NCBI RefSeq assembly: GCF_902652985.1
Contig: NC_047015.1
Span: 49,724,001-49,788,000, forward strand
DNA length: 64,000 bases
Origin: Pecten maximus
Taxonomy: Eukaryota
Reading direction: 5' to 3'
Shown one piece after another: positions 39,730 to 51,317 of the stretch. A model generated the notes under the pieces. The model searched no databases, was not told where the DNA came from, and saw only the letters and a list, made by a program, of their open reading frames with translations. The translations under genes were made by a program, and so were the position numbers. Numbering within the stretch: the stretch's first letter is position 1; every line of letters starts with the position of its first letter.

Positions 39730-40838
39730 TATATTGTATACTGGGTATTTTAAAATATATATTGAGGAGGTTAAATATAAATTCACAACCCGCTGTATAT
39801 ATAATCGGTGTTTTTACATTTTCTGACTACATTTAATGACCGCGAATACAACAAGATTAAATTCGAGCAAATATTACCAACTACATGTACTCAGTTTTGA
39901 CTATATGAGTTGATGTTGCAGAGATATTTCTTTTCTAAAATGGAACAAGATGTGTAAAATTTCAATGAATCCATGTCACCGAAAGTCGATATATCATAAT
40001 AGAAACTCATTAACAACACGATTATCAAACAGGATAAACAACACAATAAATAGAAATGTATTTCTGTGCGACAGAGCCATTTCGAATGATTTATTTAATA
40101 GATTATTTTATATAAAACAGTTGTGTTATGGAAATGAAACATATATGTACCTACAAACAAAGGATTTCATTTACATGTGATTATAGATTGATCATAAACT
40201 TTATCCGTTGGGAATACACTTCAAAGCTACTCCTGATATCACTGATTACCATGTATATATATATATATCATTTATAGAATAAATCAAGCATTTGAATTAT
40301 ATTTCCGCCAAAACTCACTCCCATTTTTTTCTGTTCTTTTATTGATGTAAAATCTGTCTGCCGCTACCCATCGGCCCTAAATAACTCATACACATACAGG
40401 TAACACGCGGTATTGATTTACACGTGCAAATCACATATCATTACGCCGGCTATTGGCACTGCATAACATACTGAAAATAACTCCATCAAAATTCCTACCC
40501 GTCATACGGTTGAAATTAAATGACTAGCTATTTGTTAACGAACCCGTTAATCTAACTCGTAATCTAACAATAAAGAACAAGTTATCGACAAAATTCTAAT
40601 TTTGGCAATGTCTCGTTTGAAGCTATTTGCGTTTTAAAGTCATTACAAGATGTGAGATAAACTAAAATACTCATAATGTGAAATTGTGCGCTTGTTTGTG
40701 TGAAGATTATGAAAACGTCATATTAACCAATGTTAAAACTATGTTTTGCTAAATAAACGCCTTCATTTAAAACAATTATTTTATTTGTTTTAGTGTTTAT
40801 GAAAATATGATTTTATATCTATTCCAGAAACGACGACA

Positions 40839-42357
40839 ATGGAACGTAGCGTTCTGATGTATCTGTTCCTTTCGGCTTTTGTGTGCGATGGTTTATGTTC
40901 CAACTATAAAACAGTGCGAACTCCGTCAGGACCCGTCAAAGGAATTGGTATACCTTATAATGGTGATATGGTGTTTCAATACCGTAATATCCCATATGCT
41001 GAATCTCCGGTAGGTGATTTGAGACTACAGAAGCCGGTACCACACGGAACATGGACAGACGTTTTGGATGCGACAACATTCGGTCCTTCCTGTATTCAAG
41101 ATGTTGCCCGAATAAAAAGTTTAATACCGAAACTGCCGAATTCTAATTTTTCTGAAGACTGTTTGCAACTCAATGTGTATACACCAAACATTGTTTCAAC
41201 ATCACAAAACAGAAAGAGCGTCATGATATGGGTTCATGGAGGAGCTTTCATGTTAGGACATGCCACGTATTATGATGCATCTAATATTGTATCCAAGGGA
41301 GACGTCATACAAATTCTTCCGGTCTTTAGACATTATATATGGCACATGTAGCAGTGAAGGTTTGGTTGCAACTATTATCGCTGATGGTCTTCAGAAGAAA
41401 TACGGGTTCAATGCAACGCTTGAAATACCTACCATTGTTTTACGTGACGAGTTTGCACCAACAATTTCTCATTATTACTATAATAGCAATGAGCATGTGT
41501 CCCGCGCTATCTATGACAAATACACTAGCAAGGATGCACTTACACAGAGCAAAAATATGATAGATGTGTTCACCGACTATATATTTCTTGCCTCGACAGT
41601 AAAAGCACTGAACTCACATTCATCAACCGGTCTTGCCACAGGAGGAAACACTTTCCAGTTCATATTTTCAGCACATGGTGTTTTGAAAGGGTATGTTGTT
41701 CCCGTCTATTTAGAAGGAGCGTGGCATGGGGCCGAACTTCCCTTCTTGTTTGGTCTAGATGGTCAAGGAGTTGTTGTGAACAAAACTGCAGATATCAACG
41801 CTGTAACAAACACAATGATTACATATTGGACAAACTTCGCCAAACACGGGTAAGTGGTTTCGGGAAAATCCTAAATATGAAATTAAACCGTGTCAATTTA
41901 TCTCAACTGAAATATCCTACCATACTCACAGTCAAATGTACAAATAGGCTTCAATATTGGAGGTTTCGGGTCTTTCTGTGAGCTGGGACAGCTTTTATAA
42001 TTTTGCACCACTTCCGGTAACACTATGCGTTGAAACTGTCAGTTAAATAAAAAAAATACACTAATAATAATTTCAAAATACCGTTAAGATTGTCACTAAT
42101 GAATTATTAAGGTATGTATGTTGCAAAAGTGTTATGAAAATATATACATATGTGTGCATTGTGCATAATTATTCAGAAATCCGAATAGCCACGGACTTCC
42201 TGATTGGCCTGTGTATAATCCGGTGACAACCGAGTATCTGAACATCAACACAATAATGTCCACAGGAAGTCACGTGGCCGAGGACAGAATGAGGCTATGG
42301 AACTGGTACATCCCGTCACTGCTAAAGCTTCAAACGAGCGCAATTTTAGGAAAGTAA
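40839..42357 (+). pseudogene. Carboxylesterase paralogue D: near-identical copy of F with a 536-bp internal deletion that removes the catalytic Ser
   Basis: Junction gacgtcATAcaaattc at 41307-41309 joins F positions 48113 and 48649 and shifts the frame. Terminal exon 42177-42357 ends QTSAILGK*. Confidence 0.92.
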
Positions 42358-43467
42358 CAAAGCTTTTGATTGATGCCAGGTCGATGATTTCAAATCTCAT
42401 TACGCACTGTAGACTTGAATGACACGTAGTTATCAATTGACGTACAATACAGTGACTACTGATGTTGTTATGCAAACGAGGACTTTGAATATTATTTCTA
42501 GTTTAGGAATCGAATAAACGTTGTTTATATACTTCAATGTTTGTTACATAAACATGACGGGAAGCTTTCTATTAACAAATTAAATGCATCAAATTTTTTA
42601 TAAATAAAAATAATGTTGAATGGCGTTTTCGATGTTCTGTTTACTTTTGGGTGGACTTCGCTTGGTTCGGGTTAGAAGGGGATAACGTTCGTAGTACGGC
42701 TAATTTGATGGGGTCGTAGTATAAGTAGAATGGAATACGAAACGAACAGTATAACCATCATAGTATAAGCTATGACAAAATGACAAAACAGGATGGTTAC
42801 TAAAGAAAAATGTCCTTGTATATCATACATGATATTTTGTGCAGCAAAATATTTATTATCATAGTGATTTTTTTTATTTATTATTTGTTTACAGTTATAC
42901 ATTTTTTGATATTATCATCATTTTGAATCTTAATCTTAATTTCCGAAATGACTTGAATAGTACTATGGTTTATTGTGCATTATCAACATTTTCCCTTAAA
43001 ATTGAGTCATTCTAAAACAATAAACATTGATTGCTAATTTTGATTAAAATACCTTAAAATAGGAATTGAAGAAATTCGAGGAAGAAGTTGTTTGGTCATA
43101 AAACATGGATAATGTCTCAGTATCAGATACCGGCGTGCTGTGTCATTATTTAGATAGTAATACACACATAATCTAGCAGCTGTGTTTTCCGCTACCTGTA
43201 CGGTAACACGGAATGCTACGATAATCGAATTTAAAACGACAAAAAGAGAAAAGGCAAACTTAATATTTTATTGATCTTCCTAACAGCATAATAGTTAGCA
43301 ACTGTAAAAATATGTCATGTACACCTGTTTGTCCAGGTTTATTTGTTGGTATAGAGTGTTAATAGTTCATAATGTCAAAAATTATGTACGACGAACAAGT
43401 TATCAACATATCTTAAGTGTGCATGCTGCCATACACGTAACAAATAAATATAATGGATATCAGAGGT

Positions 43468-44718
43468 ATCTTGAAATAAAAAAAAACATATGTCAGAGAG
43501 TACGGTATTCTATTAAATTGTACAGATAAAAGCATTAATCATCCCAGAACTACAGAAATGGTGGAATGCATGCGTACTAGATCGGTGAAGGAAAGTCAAG
43601 ATCATGTCGTCAAAAAATAAGCTGATTTCGTTCTCGACTTTAGTATATTTCCTGTAGTGGATAGAGAACTAATTCCATTACATCCAAACAAATTATCAAT
43701 AATCCTCATCTCCATCATAAAAAATTCCTACCATCTCTTGATGTTATTGGAGGAACAACCAGCGGAGAAGGTTCTTTGTTGCTAGATTACCATGGCCAAA
43801 ACATGGAAAGAGTTTGGGGACTTAACTTAACAGAAGGCCTATCAACTGCCGATTTCTGTTCCAAGATAGCACCAGAAATGGCCAAGGACTTCTACCACAG
43901 CCATCCGCATGTGGCCAATGACATTTGTCGGATGTACAAGTCGGGTGTAAGTGATCAGGACCAAGCCCTGAATGTTACAAAGGCGTATGGTGATATGATA
44001 ATGCAGGCACCAACTGTTTCGTTCCTAAAACGACATGCTAAAAATAACAATCAGACCAGGACCTTTCAGTATCTTGTATCCCATAGAAATTGTATCATCA
44101 AATTCCGCCGGGATCCACCCTGGTTTAAGGGTGTTCCTCATACTGGTGAACTGTCCTACTTGTTTCGCCCAAAGTACATTGGAATACTCATCGACACTTG
44201 TCCCGAAGACATCTTATTGTCGGCTAAATTCATCAAGTACTGGAGCAATTTTGCCAAGACTGGGTATGTCATATCGCAATTACATGTACTTCTATTGAAT
44301 TTTGTTTTTAAATCGCAGAGTTATCTTTTCTTCATTTCTTTGTTTGAGGTTCTTATATTTTGTTGGACATAAAATGTACTTCATCCATCCAATTAATCTA
44401 ATTTATTATAATTCCGTACATGATTATTTTATCATCTATTTATTTTTCAACAGTAATCCGAATGGTCCTGGTTTACCACAATGGCCATTGTTTGATCTGA
44501 GAAGGTTTGGGTACCTGAACTGCGATAATAATATCACTGACCATGAAAAACTCTATTGGGACCGGGTTCAATTTTGGAACTACCACGTCGATAGACAACA
44601 GAACGCAACGTATGATAAGGATTCACAACTTAACAGGAGCAACCCCCAATTCCATCAATATGGCATCATCATCTGCTTTGTTACAGCACTGCTCGTGTTC
44701 CTTCTGTTTGTGAGATGA
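43468..44718 (+). pseudogene. Carboxylesterase paralogue E: 5'-truncated duplicate of C
   Basis: Begins mid-exon relative to C (36024) and lacks the signal peptide and GQSAG. Stop near 43618 plus indels. Retains the intron and hydrophobic terminal exon. Confidence 0.92.
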
Positions 44719-47221
44719 ACTGTGAACAGTTACTGTACACTCTATAAGATAATTCCAATATCAATCATAAAATAAGGAAAACGGATCTGAATGATTTACA
44801 AATTGTATATCTAGAACTGTGCTCTTTAGAAATGTTATCTATTACATTTTACAGATTAAACTTTTCTGTCTTCATACCTTTTTTGTCATGACAATAAATA
44901 AACATACCATTGTTTTTTGGATACAGTGATCTGCAAAATGCTATAATGGCGGAATAAAACATATACGTATAGCATTCTGGAAAATGTTAACATATACAAA
45001 CGGTTTCATTTTATTAAAAAAACCAACAAGATAATTTGCAATGTAAATTGATTGATGATCAGGGTTTTTGAAAACTTTACTTTGAAAACAACTTTAGAAG
45101 CAATAACTATCAATTATATAACAATAAATTCATAATAAATCCATAAATATGAATTTGGGAGTAAACCTTTTATAGTGTTTATTGATTTCTAAGCAGTGTA
45201 CAAGAATAATGTATCCGAAAATGTGGAAATCTAAACGGGAAGTCCGGAAATCCAAATGGCTCTAAAGAAATGTAAACCTACCGATATTTTAACTTTTTAT
45301 TCATCTCGATTATTTGTTTTTCCAAGTTTTCAATTTTTATTATAATCAGATAGATCATATTACTAAGTAAGTAAATGGACACACATCGAATTATCTGTGG
45401 ATTCATTTAATCTTTAACGACATTGAAAGACAGAAATCGAGGATTCAGCTATTTTGATATCTATCTTTTATCATCTTATCTTCTATTAATACTCCTTTTA
45501 TGCAACTGTTCCGTATTCTCTAAGTTATCATGTTGGAAAATATATCCTAAGTAGGAGACACAAAGCCTTTTACGACGACCTTCCAATCGGCAACATTTAA
45601 GATTAAAATCGACACTTATATTAACAGTATCGGTACGTAGAGACAGGTCCTGGCGACCGTAAAATTTCCTCATTGACGACTGAAGATAAAGAAACCTAAC
45701 TGCATGTGGACGTCCCCAACATCGGTATTTAACTTACTAGGTCATAGTTACATGTTAAAATCTGGAACGTTAAAGTTTAATATTAAATGATATTTCTGCA
45801 GTAAGTGATCACATATCCAGTGAATATACATGGCGGTAAAAGAAGAGATAAAGGAATAGGTATTGTGTTTTTGAAGAAAATAGAAACTCGAGGCTATTTG
45901 GATCATTCTTAGGCGCAATTTAGGTATGTCTGATTTTGTATATTGTTTGGGTATATTTTTGTTTATCTATAAAGATCTTTCGAATACGTTATAAATAAAT
46001 AGCTATTGTCATTATTATACCAGAGCGTGGAATTAAAATTATTGTATATTGTATACTGAGTGTTTTAAAATATATATTGAGGAGGTTGCTAATGGTAGTT
46101 CAGACATTTTATATTCCATTATGTTTTATAAACTTTTAATTTATATCATACTCAATTCATTAAATATGTAATGTATCATATGTTTAATTGATCTGAAGTC
46201 ATAAGAAATCAAAAATGTATTTCATATATCTAGCGAATGGTTTCGATGAGGATTAAGACACATTTTAAGGTCAAAGAATAAACTGGTTGCTGGTATGAAA
46301 ATTTGCGATACAGCTTTGTATAAATACTCTACATTAAACAAGCGAACAAATTCCAACATTTGTGTGTTTATATAATTTAAATTGATAACTCATTGTATAA
46401 ATAATCGCTGGTATACATTTTCGAGCTACATTTAACGACTGCGAATACAACAAAATTAAATTCCAGCAAATATTACTATACTATTAAGTTTTGCATATTT
46501 ATACGATATGAGTTGTTGTATGTAGGAATATTAATTTTTTTTTTTCTAAAATTGAACAAGATGTTCATCGATGAATCCATTTCACCGAAAGTCAAAATAT
46601 CATAATAGAAAATCGCTAACAACACGCTCATCAAACAGGATAAACAACACAATATATAGAAATGCATTTCAGTGCGATAGAGTCATTGCTAATGATTTAT
46701 TTAATAGATCATTTTTATATAAAACAATTGTGTTATGGACATGAAACATACATGCACCTACAAACAAAGGATTTCATTAAATTATAGATTTATCATAAAC
46801 TTTATCCGTTGGGAATACACTTCAATGCTACTCCCTATATCATTGATTACCAATATATGGTTATATAACATTTATAGAATGAATTTAATCCTTTGAATTA
46901 TATTTCGGCCAAACCTCCTTCCCATTTTTACTGTTAATTTAAAATTCAATTTCCGTCTGCTGCCACTACCCGTGTCGCCTGAATAGCACGTAAACGTTAC
47001 ACACGGTAGGGATTTGCACGTGCAGATCACATATCGTTACGCCACCTATTGACAATGCATAACATACTGAAAACAATTTCATCCTAAGTCCTACCCGTCA
47101 AACGGTTGAAATCAAATGACTAGCTATTTGTTAACGAACCCGTAATTCTAATCCACGTTATCGGCAAAAATTACAACGATACCTATGAAAAAGTACCAGT
47201 ATGATAAGGTGTTCCGAGCGG

Positions 47222-47389
47222 ACACGTGTCCCGCGCTATCTATGACAAATACACTAGCAAGGATGCACTTGCACAGAGCAAAAATATGATAGATTTGTTC
47301 ACCGACTATGTATTTCTTGCTTCGACAGTAAAAGCACATTCATTAACCAGTCTTGCCACAGGAGGAAACACTTTCCAGTTCATATTTTC
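47222..47389 (+). other. Inserted 168-bp copy of esterase D/F coding sequence upstream of the F coding exon
   Basis: Matches 48835-49011 with a 9-bp deletion; absent from the paralogous region upstream of D (~40580-40610). Confidence 0.88.
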
Positions 47390-47644
47390 CATGAAAATCT
47401 AGGTCTAATCTAGGCAAAGTCTCGTTTGAAGTTATTTGTGTTATAAAGTCATTACAAGATGTGAGATAAACTAAAATACTCATAATGTGAAATTGTGTGC
47501 TTGTTTGTGTTATAATTATGAAAACTTCATCTTTATCACTGTTAATACTAAGTTTGGCTAAATAAACGCCTTCATTTAAATCAATTTTTTTTTGTTTAGT
47601 GTTTATGAAAATATGATTTTATATCTATTCCAGAAACGACGACA

Positions 47645-49703
47645 ATGGAACGTAGCGTTCTGATGTATCTGTTCCTTTCGGCTTTTGTGTGCGATGGTTT
47701 ATGTTCCAACTATAGAACAGTGCGAACTCCGTCAGGACCCGTCAAAGGAATTGGTATACCTTATAATGGTGATATGGTGTTTCAATACCGTAATATCCCA
47801 TATGCTGAACCTCCAGTAGGTGATTTGAGACTACAGAAGCCGGTACCACACCGAACATGGACAGACGTTTTGGATGCGACAACATTCGGTCCTTCCTGTA
47901 TTCAAGATGTTGCCCGAATAAAAAGTTTAATACCGAAACTGCCGAATTCTAATTTTTCTGAAGACTGTTTGCAACTCAATGTGTATACACCAAACATTGT
48001 TTCAACATCACAAAACAGAAAGAGCGTCATGATATGGGTCCATGGAGGAGCCTTCATGTTAGGACAAGCCACGTATTATGATGCATCTAATCTTGTATCC
48101 AAGGGAGACGTCATAGTTGTCACAGTGAATTATCGTCTTGGAGCGCTTGGATTTTTCAGTACAGGTGACGATGCGGCAAGAGGGAACTTTGGTCTTTGGG
48201 ATCAAAGACTAGCATTCCAATGGGTGAAAGATAACATCGCATCCTTTGGTGGCGATCCTGACACGATGACCATATTTGGACAATCTGCTGGGGCCTTTAG
48301 TGTTGGTATCCACGCAACGATACCTCTGAACAGAGGATTATTTACACGGGTGATTTCTGAAAGTGGAGGACAAGGTTCAAAAATATCAGTCCGACAAGAT
48401 GCAGATCTCATCACATTCGAATACGGTCGAAAGATCAACTGTATTACAGGGGCAGATAATCACATTGATATGCCGACACTCGTTCAATGCCTTAGGAGGA
48501 AAACTACTGATGAAATAATGGATGCTCAAACAAATCTGAACTCTTCTTTGTATGGAGGTGATTATGGCATCGAATTCATGCCAGTTGTTGATGGAACTCT
48601 GATAAAAGCCTTGCCTGATGTTTTAATTTCAAATTCAACATCTGAAGAATACAAATTCTTCCGGTCTTTAGACATTATATATGGCACATGTAGCAGTGAA
48701 GGTTTGGTTGCAACTATTATCGCCTACGGCCTTCAGAAGAAATACGGATTCAATGCAACGCTTGAAATACCTACTATTGTTTTACGTGACGAGTTTGCAC
48801 CAACAATTTCTCGCTATTACTATAACAGCAATGAACACGTGTCCCGCGCTATCTATGACAAATACACTAGCAAGGATGCACTTACACAGAGCAAAAATAT
48901 GATAGATTTGTTCACCGACTATGTATTTCTTGCTTCGACAGTAAAAGCACTGAACTTACATTCATCAACCGGTCTTGCCACAGGAGGAAACACTTTCCAG
49001 TACATATTTTCAGCACATGGTGTTTTGAAAGGGTATGTTCCTCCTGTCTACTTGGAAGGAGCATGGCATGGGGCCGAACTTCCGTTCTTGTTTGGTCTAG
49101 ATGGTCAAGGAGTTGTTGGGAACAAAACTGCAGATATCAACGCTGTAGCAAACACAGTGATTACATATTGGACAAACTTCGCCAAACACGGGTAAGTGGT
49201 TACGGGAAAATCGTAAATATGAAATTAAACCGTGTCATTTTATTTCAACTGAGCTATCCTACCATACTCACAGTCAAATGTACAAATAGGCTTCAATTTT
49301 GGAGGTTTCGGGTCTTTCTTTGAGCTGGGACAGCTTTTATAATTTTGCACCACTTCCGGTAACACTATGCCTTGAAGCTGTCAGTTAAATAAAAAAAAAA
49401 ATACTAATAATAATAATTTCAAAATACCGTTAAGATTGTCACTAATGAATTATTAACGTATGTATGTTGCAAAAGTGTTATAAAAATATATACATATGTG
49501 TACATTGTGTATAATTATTCAGGAATCCGAATAGCCACGGACTTCCTGATTGGCCTGTGTATAATCCGGTGACAGCTGAGTATCTGAACATCAACACAAT
49601 AATGTCAACAGGAAGTCACGTGGCCGAGGACAGAATGAGGCTATGGAACTGGTACATCCCGTCACTGCTAAAGCTTCAAACGAGCGCTTTAATAGGAAAA
49701 TAA
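47645..49703 (+). CDS. Carboxylesterase type B, paralogue F (intact, secreted); coding exons 47645-49191 and 49523-49703
   Basis: Signal peptide MERSVLMYLFLSAFVCDGLC; SEDCLQLN, WVHGGA, FGQSAG, CSSEG, GAWHGAEL; C-terminus QTSALIGK*. Confidence 0.94.
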
Positions 49704-51317
49704 CCAAGCTTTTGATTGAACCTGCCATGCCGATGATTTCAAATCTCATTACGCACTGTAGACTTGAATGACACTCAGTTATCAATTGACGTACAATACA
49801 GGGACGGTGCTGATGTTGATATGCAAACTTGGACTTTGATTATTATTTTTAGTTCAGAACTCGAATAAAAACTGTATATTCTTCAATGTTTGTTACACAA
49901 GCATCACAGAAAGCTTTCTATAAACAAATCAAATGCATCAAAAATGTCTTAGAAATAAAAAAAAAATAATGTTGAATGGCATTTTCGATATTCTGTTTAC
50001 TTTTTGGTGGCCTTGCACTTGGTTCGAGGTTAGAAGGGGATAACGTTCGCAGTAATGGGGTCGTGGTAAAACGTAGAACGGAATACGAAACACAAGGTAA
50101 CCATCATAGTATAAGCTATGACAAAATGACAGAACAGGATGGTTACTGAAGAAATATATATATGTTCTTGTATATCAACAGCATAATTTATGCAGCAAAA
50201 CTTTATGATTATTTTTTTTTTCTGATACATTTTTTGATATTGTTACAACTTTTAATCTTACAGTAATGGTTTAGAAAGTACTATGAGTTATGATACATTA
50301 TCAACAATTTTTTTCATTAAAAAATAATTAAAAGACATGTTCCATAAAAAAATCGGGAAAGAAGTTTTTGTTGATGAAACATCTTCTCTTATAAAATTTT
50401 CGCTGAATATTGATGGCTATCAAACCAATACTGTCAATTGGCAAAATGGGCGCAACGATATCCGTTTATCTAGCTTGGTCAGATAACCATAAGAACTGAT
50501 AACAATAGATATCTCAGTATTAGATACCGGCGTGCCGTATCATTATTTAGATAGTAATGCACATATAATCTCACAGCTGTGTTTCCCGCTACCTGTACGG
50601 TAACACGGAATGCTACGATAATCGAATTTGAAACGACGAAACGAGGAAAGGTAAACTTGATATTTTATTGATCTTCCTAACTGCTAAACGGTTAAAAACT
50701 ATAAACATATGTCCTGTACACCTATTGGTACAGGTTTATTTGTTGGTATAGAGTGTCATTAATTCATAATGTCAAAATTATGTACGACGAACAAGCATCA
50801 ACATATCTTAAGGGATGCATGCTGTCATACACGTAACAAGTAAATATAATGGATATCAAAGGTATCTTGAAATAAATGCATATGCCAGAGAGTACGGTAT
50901 TATATTAAATTATACAGATAAAAGCATTAATCATCCCAACACTACCATATACGTAATATGTAAATATAATGGATAACAGAGGTATCGTTTTTTTCTATTT
51001 TACTAATTCAAACATGTGGATGTTAAAAGTGAAGTTATTTTATAAATAATTCCACTTCATCATTTGCTACAAGAATTAAAACTGTTAAACGTAAAATATT
51101 AATAAAATTCTAACATATATCATGCTCATTAGTTTATTAGCAATCAGCTCTTACGGAATCTGGATTCATTTCAATTGAGGTGTTATTTATTCAACCAAAT
51201 AATTTTTTCCATGACAGAAGTCATAAAGACATTATAACCTTTTAAATATCGAATTCGCGTCTTGGTTTCTTATCTCCAACATAGCAACAAATATTTGAAA
51301 ATGAATTAAATCTACAG

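Larger units (their letters stand above)
36024..50945 (+). repeat. Tandem segmental duplication: units 36024-43467 and 43468-50863, plus an 82-bp third start at 50864-50945
   Basis: The C 3' half, intergenic DNA and D are repeated as E, intergenic DNA and F. Each unit begins at atcttgaaataaa. Confidence 0.9.
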
